DNA from: a virus
Direction: 5' to 3' (one strand)
DNA: 46,181 bases
Virus record (IMG/VR): IMGVR_UViG_3300022692_000007
Both the position numbers and the translations under genes were made by a program. How positions within the stretch are numbered: position 1 is the stretch's first letter; each line of letters begins with the position of its first letter. Below the pieces are notes generated by a model that had not been told where the DNA came from, ran no database searches, and worked only from the letters and a program-made list of their open reading frames with translations. Below, piece after piece: positions 28,642 through 37,678 of the stretch.

Positions 28642-29160
28642 ATGGGTACTTGGGATGAATTAGATACTGAAGTCAATGTAAATCTGGATACTGGTGAGTT
28701 AGATGAGTTAATTGATGTTTTAGGTAGTGACCCAATTTTTGAACCTGCTGTTGAAATTGCTCAAAGATATAAAAATGGAATAATTGAAGGCTCAAAGACG
28801 GGAGCAAAAGCAATAGCTGACGTTGATAAATCTCTTCAGGAATTAGCAATAGCAACTAATGCAACTATGTTTTCCAATAATCTTTTAAATAGTATTGAAA
28901 TTACTAAAGAATCTGAAACCAGCTACACCATTGGGACAAACATCACACATTTCTATCCATTATGTGTAGAAAAAGGCCGAAGAGAAGTAAGGCCAATAAG
29001 AGCAAAATTCTTGCATTGGTTTACATTATCTGGAAAAGAAATTTTCAGTAAATACTCATCACCGGCTCCTCCAAGACCTTTTGTAAAACCGGCTTTTGAA
29101 GAGACAAGCAATCGAGCAGTAGAAATTGTTAAGGTGGAGATTTATAATGCTACAAACTGA
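28642..29160 (+). CDS. HK97 gp10-like neck / tail-completion protein
   Basis: VEKG...PPRPFVKPAFEE motif. AGGTGG RBS before ATG 28642. Confidence 0.7.
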   Translation: MGTWDELDTEVNVNLDTGELDELIDVLGSDPIFEPAVEIAQRYKNGIIEGSKTGAKAIADVDKSLQELAIATNATMFSNNLLNSIEITKESETSYTIGTNITHFYPLCVEKGRREVRPIRAKFLHWFTLSGKEIFSKYSSPAPPRPFVKPAFEETSNRAVEIVKVEIYNATN

Positions 29161-29617
29161 TGAAATAATTTTAAAAATATTATTAAATGCAAAAAATGAT
29201 GGAAACACATTATTAAAACATTTTAAAATTTCCTATCCTTCTAAACAGGTTGTCCAGGAAAGCAATAGTATTTTTGTTGGGGCTGTTGATAGTGAAAGTA
29301 ATATTGAAGGTTTTGATTTTTCAAGTTTCACAGATCTGGTTGAAGTTCTTATAGTTACTAAAAACCGCAACTACACCGAAGCACTTAAAATCATCAAAAC
29401 TGTTTCTAAAGAAATCACCAGATTAATCTATGAAAATACTGATTTGTTTGACAATAAACCAGTTATTAGAAATATAACTCCTGAATACAATAGGGATTTT
29501 GTCTTAACAAGAGGTCATTTAAGAATACAGGTTAAAACCAAACCAGAATCATTAGTTCCATCTGAGGAAGATTATTATTTATGTAATTTATTATTAGAAA
29601 AAATTGAAGAAAAGTGA
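29147..29617 (+). CDS. Probable tail terminator protein
   Basis: Position between neck and sheath, alternating beta pattern. Positional call. Confidence 0.5.
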   Translation: MLQTDEIILKILLNAKNDGNTLLKHFKISYPSKQVVQESNSIFVGAVDSESNIEGFDFSSFTDLVEVLIVTKNRNYTEALKIIKTVSKEITRLIYENTDLFDNKPVIRNITPEYNRDFVLTRGHLRIQVKTKPESLVPSEEDYYLCNLLLEKIEEK

Positions 29618-29623
29618 TTGTTT

Positions 29624-29788
29624 ATGGTAAAATTTGATTTAGATAAAGAATTAGATGATTTACTTTGTCCCAACATGTTCAAATCTGGATTAAGATATTA
29701 CATTTCATCTAATAATATTTCTATCAATAATAAAAAAGAATTTGAAAAAATCATTAAAGAATATGCGAATTTGAAAATAGGAGGTTGA
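29624..29788 (+). CDS. Small protein (54 aa, absent from the ORF track) preceding the sheath gene
   Basis: Read by hand: MVKFDLDKELDDLLCPNMFKSGLRYYISSNNISINNKKEFEKIIKEYANLKIGG*. Fills the gap exactly and its 3' end carries the sheath RBS. Confidence 0.6.
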   Translation: MVKFDLDKELDDLLCPNMFKSGLRYYISSNNISINNKKEFEKIIKEYANLKIGG

Positions 29789-29793
29789 AATTA

Positions 29794-30825
29794 ATGGCTT
29801 CATTACCAAAAGTTCAGATTTTCAATAAACCAAATCCTGTAAAAAGCAAACCTGGACTAGCATCCAAAATAGCTTTAATCGGTGCTTTTGATTCCACTGA
29901 AACTGAACCATTATTATTTACCAATATTGATGATGCTTATGAAGAATTGGGAACTGACACTACTTATGCTGGTGTTGCTTGTTTGGATGAATTGTTTTAC
30001 GGAGCTTCAAGTATTTTAGCTGTAAATATCACCACCAAATCTGGAAGCGGTGATAATGAGGTTGTTGATAAAGACATCACTCCAGGAAAACTTACATCAG
30101 CATTGTCTAAAATAGGCGGTGAGGACTTTAACATGTTATACATTGCAGTTAAAGTTGATTCCAATTTAATTCCAATAATTACTGAATTTTTAGACAAAAG
30201 GTTCAGGGATAAATTACCTGCTGGTTATGTATCATTTATAAATTTCAATGCAAGTTTGGCTGGAGATTTCAGTTACGGATTGTTGAACCAGCAGTTAATG
30301 GTTAATGGTACATTACTCTCTGATGTTGAAAGTGCAGCATATTATTGCGGAGTTCTTGCAAGCTTAAATGTTGGAAATAGCATGACAATGAAAGTTGTTC
30401 CAAATGTAACTGGTGTAACTCCAGAATTATCATTTGAAACAGGTGGAAATGGTTTATCATTACTTGAATCTGGTATAACTACATTCAGATGTCAAGATCG
30501 TGGAAATAACAAATATGTTGTTGTCAACAGCGAACAACCAAACGGTTATGATTTATATATCAACCGGGCACGTGATTTTATTGTACGTGAAATGAGCCTA
30601 CATCAATTCTTAGGTGAAAGAAACCGTACTGCAACTTTAAATGAAATCAAACAGGAATTGGATAGGGTCAAAGATAGGTGTGTAAACACTTTAGATTTAC
30701 TTGAAGACATTGAATACACTGTAGAAAAGAAATCTCCAAAGTGCGTTGATATAAACATTACCAAATTGTTATTTGCTGGAATTATCACAGAAATCGACGT
30801 TTACATTACAATTGAGGTGGAATAG
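29794..30825 (+). CDS. Contractile tail sheath protein (compact, 343 aa)
   Basis: AAYYCGVLASL, SMT, LLESGITTF and INRARDFI resemble the sheath C-terminal core. Followed by tube and baseplate genes. Confidence 0.75.
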   Translation: MASLPKVQIFNKPNPVKSKPGLASKIALIGAFDSTETEPLLFTNIDDAYEELGTDTTYAGVACLDELFYGASSILAVNITTKSGSGDNEVVDKDITPGKLTSALSKIGGEDFNMLYIAVKVDSNLIPIITEFLDKRFRDKLPAGYVSFINFNASLAGDFSYGLLNQQLMVNGTLLSDVESAAYYCGVLASLNVGNSMTMKVVPNVTGVTPELSFETGGNGLSLLESGITTFRCQDRGNNKYVVVNSEQPNGYDLYINRARDFIVREMSLHQFLGERNRTATLNEIKQELDRVKDRCVNTLDLLEDIEYTVEKKSPKCVDINITKLLFAGIITEIDVYITIEVE

Positions 30826-31221
30826 ATGGCTAATAAGGAAGTTATTATTGACGGTAAAAAAATGATGTATGGAACATCAGCAAAAGCAAGTCCTGAAACA
30901 AATACTTCAAGCACTTCCACCTTTGACGGTGTAGTAAATGAGGGACTTGATGAAGTACCGTGGAGTCTTGAATTTTCAAAATTAAGATATGAAGGATTGG
31001 CTTCACACAAAGAGATGTCAGAAACTTTAGATAAAATGATAAGCACACCTGCAATGGTTACTATAAGAGAAACTGTCATCACACCAGATGAGTCATACAC
31101 CATCGTAGATAATTATTTCAATTGTTTAGTAAATGGTAACGATTATGAAGTAAAACCTGATGAAAAAACCGTTGAAAATATCAAGCTCAAAGCAAGTAGA
31201 AGAGAGAGGAAATATGAATAA
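30826..31221 (+). CDS. Tail tube protein
   Basis: 131 aa, beta-rich, abuts the sheath stop. Confidence 0.7.
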   Translation: MANKEVIIDGKKMMYGTSAKASPETNTSSTSTFDGVVNEGLDEVPWSLEFSKLRYEGLASHKEMSETLDKMISTPAMVTIRETVITPDESYTIVDNYFNCLVNGNDYEVKPDEKTVENIKLKASRRERKYE

Positions 31222-31302
31222 AACATTTTAATCTTGTTTTATTCATTCTTTTTTTTTTAAAAAATTTTTAAACAAATTATTTTTATTTATGGAGATTTGA
31301 AA

Positions 31303-31716
31303 ATGTCTGCTGAAAAAGAAAAGCAAAAAGAATTAGAACACTTACAAAAAGAGGAAGAAATTTTTGAATTGGATCAGATAATCACTGAAGGAACAAATGC
31401 TAAAATACCATTCACATTCATTTATCCAAATACTACAAAAAAGGTTGGAGTTTTAATAAGACCATTATCAACAAATGAATATCAAAAAGCCATATTATCA
31501 AGTAAAAGACTGAAAACTAATCTATTGATTGAACTTGCTAAATTAGGCGTTTACAAACTTGATGAAACCAAATTCCCTGATGATTTACTGGCTGAATTGC
31601 CGGCTGGTGTAATAACAAGAATTACAAATGAAATTAACAGAATAAGTGGTGTGGAATTGATGGATACATCAGAAGATGCACAACAACAAATATTTGATGA
31701 TTTAATGGGGTTTTAG
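31303..31716 (+). CDS. Tail assembly chaperone (G-like)
   Basis: Between tube and tape measure. VLIRPLS motif. Ends ATG-GGG-TTT-TAG. Confidence 0.7.
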   Translation: MSAEKEKQKELEHLQKEEEIFELDQIITEGTNAKIPFTFIYPNTTKKVGVLIRPLSTNEYQKAILSSKRLKTNLLIELAKLGVYKLDETKFPDDLLAELPAGVITRITNEINRISGVELMDTSEDAQQQIFDDLMGF

Positions 31717-31889
31717 ACCTAAAAACTGGTAAATTAAGACATTTAACTCAATTATATATTGCGGGACATAGATTAAACAATGGAAATATTGAAAATTTGA
31801 CAATCTTACAACAAATGGCAATAATATGTATGAAAGAAATTGCAAGACAACATAGCTTGAAAAATAAAGCATTTTTAGTAGTTGATTAA
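31707..31889 (+). CDS. -1 frame extension of the tail chaperone (T-like), absent from the ORF track
   Basis: Frame open 31701-31889 (GVLDLKTGKLRHLTQLYIAGHRLNNGNIENLTILQQMAIICMKEIARQHSLKNKAFLVVD*). No early start codon. Ends 2 nt before the TMP ATG. Confidence 0.6.
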   Translation, partial: GVLDLKTGKLRHLTQLYIAGHRLNNGNIENLTILQQMAIICMKEIARQHSLKNKAFLVVD

Positions 31890-31891
31890 CA

Positions 31892-34087
31892 ATGGTAGAT
31901 AATAATCTTGATATTAACATTACAGCAAGAGCTGACAAGACTGAAGTTGAGGATTTGTCCGAAGCCATATCCACACTAAAAGAAATGGAAAGTGATGTAG
32001 ATATTGATGTTAATGTTGAAGATTCAGAAGTTGTTAATGCTGAAGAATCTGTAGAAAATCTTGATACCTCAATGCAAAATGCCTCAAATAGTTCTGATAA
32101 TTTATCTTCATCATTAAGTGGCATTGACAGTTCACCTATAGATGAATTAGGGGTTTCTGCTCAAAATGCTGAATCAGATGTTGAAGGATTAGGAAATAGT
32201 CTTGAATTAATTGAAGCCGGAGCTTTAATGAGTATATCAAGTGAGTTATCCAGTATTGGTAGTAACGCTGAAGGTATGGCTCAAGATATGAACACAGCAG
32301 CCATAAGTGTTGGTCAACTATCGACACAAACAGGTGTTGCCGAACCTAAAATGATTAGTTTAATTAATAATATATCAAATGCTACATTTCCAAATGATGA
32401 AGCAATGATGTATGTTAAAAGTCTTGACCAAATCGGTGTTTCTAGTGAAAATCTTGGCAAATCAGCAACAGATTTAGACCGTATTAATGATGCATTTGGT
32501 CTGGGTGCTCAAACTACAAATAGCTTAGGTCAGGAACTTAGTGTTCTTGGTGTAGATATGAATAATGTTTCATCAAGTTTTAATGCACTTGCTTATGCTA
32601 ATTCAAACACTGTCGGCGGAATGCAGAACTATTATACTTTCTTAAGAAAATATGACTCCCAATTCAATGAATTAGGTTTTAATGTTGATCAAGCATCTGT
32701 CATTATTGCTGGTGCCACACAAAAATTTGGTGGCGGTCGTGCAGCGTTAACTGGTTTATCAGATGCATTAAAAGAATCTAATGGTGATACAAAAGCATTA
32801 GAACAAGCACTTGGACTTCAAGCTGGATCAATTTCAAATGCTTCTCAACTAACTGGTGAATATGAAGGTCAATTACAAACACTTGCTAGTGAAGAAGCTG
32901 AACATAAAACTTGGTTGGACCAAATAAATGCTGCTTGGGAAGATATGAGTCTTTTAATGTCTCCTGTATTAGCTCCAATGACTAGTTTTTTAGGTTTAAT
33001 TGGTCAAGCCGGTTCATTTGCTGTGGGTATTAATGGTATTGTAACTCTTGCAGGTTCATTAAAGACATTAGAATTAACTCAAATTGCAAGTAATATTGCA
33101 ACTAAAGCGGGTGCTGCAGCTCAATGGTTAATGAATGCAGCAATGAGTGCAAATCCAATAATGATTGTTGTACTTGCAATCATCGCATTGATTGCAGTTT
33201 TAGGTTATCTTTACTTTAATAACGAGCAAGTAAGGGCCGCAATAGATGCTTTGGGCCAATCTTTCATATTGGCTGGTCAAATAATTTATACTTCTGTTAT
33301 GAACTTTGTAAATTGGGTTATAAGTTCACTGCAAAACCTTTACACTTATATTATGACATTAGGAGGATTATTACAATCCAATGTTTCAATAACTGGCAAT
33401 AATATTGTTGATGGTGTAATTGGTGTAATGATTTTTATTGCAACTCTTCCATTCCAATTAGCAATGATATTCACCAATATGATTGCAAGAACACTTGGAT
33501 TTGGTAATAATTTTGTCCAGAGAATGTTAAGTGCTGGTGTAAATTCAGTTACTCGATTTATGGGTCAAATTTCAAGCATGCCTGGTAGGTTTGTGGCTGA
33601 ATTGAACAGTATGTTAAGTGCTGTAGGACAATGGGCTGCAACATTACCTCAAAAATTTTGGGAAGCCGGTGTCAATGCTGTTAAAAATTTCCTGAATGCT
33701 TTAGGTATTCATTCTCCAGGAATTATGCAAATAAAATTGCTCAAGGAGATGGAGGATACAGGTGATAGAATTCCAACTGCAAGTCAAAACATCATCAGAA
33801 ATCTCGGAAATGTAGGGGAAAATGCTGTTAAATCCTTCGGAAATCCAAGATTCAATGTTGGTTTTAATACCGACAGTTTAAATGATACCAACGCATCAAA
33901 TTTCGATTTTTCTAACGAAAATTTATTAGAAGTATTATTGGCTATTGGTGATAATAAAAATGGTAATGTGTTAAATCTCACTTTAAATGTTGGCACAGTT
34001 GATAAAAGGGAAAGAATTGATGAAATCATTGAAGTTATCAGAGAATACATATTTTGGGATAATAAAACAGCAGGGAGGACAGTATGA
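31892..34087 (+). CDS. Tape measure protein
   Basis: 731 aa, Ala/Gly/Ser-rich helical protein. ANPIMIVVLAIIALIAVLGYLY segment. C-terminal LGIHSPG motif. Confidence 0.88.
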   Translation: MVDNNLDINITARADKTEVEDLSEAISTLKEMESDVDIDVNVEDSEVVNAEESVENLDTSMQNASNSSDNLSSSLSGIDSSPIDELGVSAQNAESDVEGLGNSLELIEAGALMSISSELSSIGSNAEGMAQDMNTAAISVGQLSTQTGVAEPKMISLINNISNATFPNDEAMMYVKSLDQIGVSSENLGKSATDLDRINDAFGLGAQTTNSLGQELSVLGVDMNNVSSSFNALAYANSNTVGGMQNYYTFLRKYDSQFNELGFNVDQASVIIAGATQKFGGGRAALTGLSDALKESNGDTKALEQALGLQAGSISNASQLTGEYEGQLQTLASEEAEHKTWLDQINAAWEDMSLLMSPVLAPMTSFLGLIGQAGSFAVGINGIVTLAGSLKTLELTQIASNIATKAGAAAQWLMNAAMSANPIMIVVLAIIALIAVLGYLYFNNEQVRAAIDALGQSFILAGQIIYTSVMNFVNWVISSLQNLYTYIMTLGGLLQSNVSITGNNIVDGVIGVMIFIATLPFQLAMIFTNMIARTLGFGNNFVQRMLSAGVNSVTRFMGQISSMPGRFVAELNSMLSAVGQWAATLPQKFWEAGVNAVKNFLNALGIHSPGIMQIKLLKEMEDTGDRIPTASQNIIRNLGNVGENAVKSFGNPRFNVGFNTDSLNDTNASNFDFSNENLLEVLLAIGDNKNGNVLNLTLNVGTVDKRERIDEIIEVIREYIFWDNKTAGRTV

Positions 34088-34842
34088 GTTTTTTTAGTGT
34101 AATAAGTGCTGATGAAATTAGTAAAGGTTCAACCCCTATGTCTTTAAAAGTTATCCAAAACAACGGTGTTGGTGTAACTCCTGATTTAAAAATCATCGTC
34201 AATGACCTGAATGAGGGAAACAAACAATTTCTAAACAACGGTTACGGTGGAATTTCATTTAAAATAGATGTAATAATCAATAAAAATGATATGTTTGGAA
34301 ATACTACCGTTCTTGAAAAGTTACATGAATGGATGATAACCATGACTCCATTATATGTAGTTACTGAAGCCATTGACATTAAAAATGACCGATATATCAT
34401 TTCAAAAAACAGTGATAGAAAACAGACCTATCGTGATAATACTGTTTGGTCATTGGAATTCATTCAATTCAAGGGTATCAACATTACTAAATTTAAAAAT
34501 GATAATTCTTATGTTAATAAAGCTAAGAAAAATTATGCAAAGGCAAAAAAGAAAGCAAAGGTCAGTAAAAAATCAAAGGCTAACAGCACCAACAAGAATA
34601 AATTAAAAAAATGCAAACTCTCAAATCTGAAATATGGTTTAAAAAAGAGTAATTGTGTTAAATACATGCAGAAGGTGTTGAAAAAGAAGGGATACCTGAC
34701 TAAAAAACAGGTTGATGGTTATTTTGGTCCTGTAACAAAAACAGCACTTAAAAAGTTTCAGAAAAAATATAAAAAGAAATACAAATTAAAGGTGAACGGG
34801 AAGGTTGATAAGGCAACTTTAAAAGCATTAATCAATGTATAA
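34084..34842 (+). CDS. Tail tube initiator-position protein with C-terminal PG_binding_1-like domain
   Basis: Follows the TMP. Lys-rich linker, then VKYMQKVLKKKGY...VDGYFGPVTKTALKKFQ...LKVNGKVDKATL. Confidence 0.7.
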   Translation: MSFFSVISADEISKGSTPMSLKVIQNNGVGVTPDLKIIVNDLNEGNKQFLNNGYGGISFKIDVIINKNDMFGNTTVLEKLHEWMITMTPLYVVTEAIDIKNDRYIISKNSDRKQTYRDNTVWSLEFIQFKGINITKFKNDNSYVNKAKKNYAKAKKKAKVSKKSKANSTNKNKLKKCKLSNLKYGLKKSNCVKYMQKVLKKKGYLTKKQVDGYFGPVTKTALKKFQKKYKKKYKLKVNGKVDKATLKALINV

Positions 34843-34855
34843 GGTGGTTTTGAAT

Positions 34856-37252
34856 ATGGCAATAAGCAGTATTGTTGAAAAGGTGTATTATGACACCAAT
34901 CTTGTTCAAAATCATTCAATCATTTATGTAGGTAGGTTTGCCAATGCCAAATCAAAAACTCTTGGTAATGATTTTTGGAAAAACAAATTGCAGATTTATT
35001 GGACCAAATATCAGATAAAAGAAACTGATATGAGGCAAAAGACTGCAACTTTCACCAGCCCACATTATTTTGACCTAACGACCGGTTTATATACAATTTT
35101 GATTACAAGTCCTTATCATGAAGACTTTGGAGGCATCATTTTAACTGTAGATTATGATAAATCAACAGGATTATACAGCTACCAATGTCAGGACTTCAGC
35201 AGAAAGTACCAAAGCAAATTTAATCTGATTTCTAAAAACAATAGCTATTATGATTTATTGAGATTGTTCCTCACTCAAAATGGTGTTAATAATGGAAAGG
35301 GTCGGGTATCAGCTAAAAAATTAAGCAAGTACAAAACAGAACTTTCAGGGCTGAGGCCTAAACTTTATTATGATCAGGGAGTTTGGGAAAATGGTATAAA
35401 CTTCAATCCAATGAAATCAACTACCCAAATGGTATTTCGTGATGTGTCATATATTGAAGCGATACGTAATTTGGTGTTTAGTACAGGTGCTTATATTGAC
35501 GTATACTTCAATAAATATGGTGTGCTTCAAATAGAACCATTTAGTAAAGAAGATTGGCTTCAAAGTGGTATTTATCTAACAACACCAGAATTGGCAAGTA
35601 GCAAATTCAAGTTTGACACCACCAACATTATCACCGGAGTTGTTGTTAATTCTCAAGACAGTTTAAAGAAAGGACACAGCTATTCAAGTGAAAAACTTGT
35701 TAGGCTGGATTTAAGTGCATTTTTCGGTAATTTAACAACAACTATTGATAATCCAAACAAAACAACTGCTGCAAAAACTTCATCTTCTAAAAAAGTTTCC
35801 AGTAAAAAATCAACCAATACAAAGCAAAAAGAGGGAACTGGTATCACTGTGTTTATGAACATTGACAATATTCATTCTAAATCAAGAGATATGAAGTTAA
35901 TGAAGGATATTGGTAAATATCTTAAAAAAAGAGGTTACAAGGTTGAAATTGGTGGTATCGGACCAAGTTATCATTATTCTCAAATAAACCGTGTGAAAAA
36001 GAATGGAATATACATGTGCATTTATGGCGGTGCATGTGCTGGAACCTTAAAGGAGCACTGGTCTTCCAATCACTATAAAAGTGTTCTCAAAAAGAAAAAG
36101 GCAAAAATGGTAGTGGCATTCTTATCACCACCAAGTACAAATATTCACAATTTAAAATGGCTGCCTCGTGCTCATGATGACAATTTTTCACCTTCAAGTT
36201 TCAGAGGCGTCAGCAATCCTGAAAAACATCTTTTAAATGCTGGTGTAGGTGTTGTCATTGGTAAAAATGCAAAGGAAATTGCTTCCAAATTCCCTAATTT
36301 CAAAACTTCTGATAAAAAAACAACTAAATCTACAAAGAAAACTACAACTCCAATTTCCACAAATACTGCCATGTCAATTAATAATGAAATGGCTAGTGCC
36401 AGAAACAGATTAAGTGACAGTATTCGTGATTTATTGAGTTTAAAACTCACATTACCGTTGGGAAATCCATTATTAAAAAAACTGCATACTAATATGTTTT
36501 TATATACAGAATTGCCAACTGAATTTGTATTAGAAAACTTTTCTACACTTGCAGAAGTTCTAAATTCAACCTATAATCGTTATGTCGGATATTCATTGAA
36601 TAGATGGTATATTGAAGCTGTTACAATAACCAATGATGGAACAAAGTTTGACGCTGAAGTTGAACTAAATCCGTTCCCAAGTAGTGTCAGACAATATCGC
36701 GAAAGTAGGCTTAAATGGGAAGAGGATTATAAATCCGCTCAACAATCAAATTCAAGTTCATCTAAAACATCATCTAAATCTAAAACAACCAGTAAATCAA
36801 AGAAAAACACCAGCTTAAAAGGTGGAGAAGGAAAAGTCATAGATAATCTTGTTAAAAAGATTGTTGGAAATGAAACCAATGATTTAAAGAAAGCCAAATT
36901 AATACATTCCTGGTTATTGGATAATGTAACTTATTCAGGTTATAGGAATTCTAAGTACAAAACACCAGTTAAATGTTATAATAACCGTCGACATTTGAAT
37001 TGTGCAGACACCAGTAGGTTGACAGCAAGTATGTTCCGTTCTGCAGGTATAAATTGTTTTGTTGTACATTCTACATGTCATTACTACACTGTTATGAAAT
37101 ATAAAGGCAAATTGTATTGCAGTGATGCAACAAGTAAGCAAAGATCATTCAACACCTATTGGAGAGCATCATCATGTGGTAATGGTAAGACAGCCAAATT
37201 TACAGGTAAAAATTGCTATTATGCTGTATGTGGTAAAGCTCCATGTAGTTAG
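34856..37252 (+). CDS. Baseplate hub protein with an inserted enzymatic-looking domain and a C-terminal transglutaminase-like (Pei-type) cysteine peptidase
   Basis: Hub-like N-terminal and late segments (WYIEAVTIT...VELNPF). Insert with GIGP, GGACAGT and WLPRAHDDNFS. C-terminal NCAD / CHYY / SDAT Cys-His-Asp triad. Confidence 0.75.
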   Translation: MAISSIVEKVYYDTNLVQNHSIIYVGRFANAKSKTLGNDFWKNKLQIYWTKYQIKETDMRQKTATFTSPHYFDLTTGLYTILITSPYHEDFGGIILTVDYDKSTGLYSYQCQDFSRKYQSKFNLISKNNSYYDLLRLFLTQNGVNNGKGRVSAKKLSKYKTELSGLRPKLYYDQGVWENGINFNPMKSTTQMVFRDVSYIEAIRNLVFSTGAYIDVYFNKYGVLQIEPFSKEDWLQSGIYLTTPELASSKFKFDTTNIITGVVVNSQDSLKKGHSYSSEKLVRLDLSAFFGNLTTTIDNPNKTTAAKTSSSKKVSSKKSTNTKQKEGTGITVFMNIDNIHSKSRDMKLMKDIGKYLKKRGYKVEIGGIGPSYHYSQINRVKKNGIYMCIYGGACAGTLKEHWSSNHYKSVLKKKKAKMVVAFLSPPSTNIHNLKWLPRAHDDNFSPSSFRGVSNPEKHLLNAGVGVVIGKNAKEIASKFPNFKTSDKKTTKSTKKTTTPISTNTAMSINNEMASARNRLSDSIRDLLSLKLTLPLGNPLLKKLHTNMFLYTELPTEFVLENFSTLAEVLNSTYNRYVGYSLNRWYIEAVTITNDGTKFDAEVELNPFPSSVRQYRESRLKWEEDYKSAQQSNSSSSKTSSKSKTTSKSKKNTSLKGGEGKVIDNLVKKIVGNETNDLKKAKLIHSWLLDNVTYSGYRNSKYKTPVKCYNNRRHLNCADTSRLTASMFRSAGINCFVVHSTCHYYTVMKYKGKLYCSDATSKQRSFNTYWRASSCGNGKTAKFTGKNCYYAVCGKAPCS

Positions 37253-37276
37253 AATTTAATTTTGAAGGTGTTTTTT

Positions 37277-37678
37277 ATGGAAGAGATAATTGAATTAGGG
37301 ACAGATTTAAACACCAATTGGGAATTTAAAGACGGTGATTTGATATTGGTTGAAAATAAAGACAATCTAATACAATCTATCTTGAATAGGTTAAATTCTG
37401 AATATGATAGTTTAGATTTGTTCTATTATGATTACGGTAGTGTGTTATCTAATTTTCTTGGTTGGAAACGTAATGATGAAACATTGGAATTTATACGATT
37501 GGAAATTGAGGATACTCTTGAACAAGAACCTCGATTAAGTGATTTTAGTGTTGAGGCATCATTTAATGAAGTTGGTGGAATTTTAATCAAATTATTCATT
37601 GTTTTTGATGATGAAACTGATTTTAGTTTAAGTTTAGTTCTTGAAAAGGATGGTGAAATCGTTGCCGATAGAGAATGA
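37277..37678 (+). CDS. Baseplate wedge protein, gp25 / Mu gp46-like
   Basis: NLIQSILNRL...DYGS...IRLEIEDTLEQEPRL pattern. Confidence 0.75.
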   Translation: MEEIIELGTDLNTNWEFKDGDLILVENKDNLIQSILNRLNSEYDSLDLFYYDYGSVLSNFLGWKRNDETLEFIRLEIEDTLEQEPRLSDFSVEASFNEVGGILIKLFIVFDDETDFSLSLVLEKDGEIVADRE

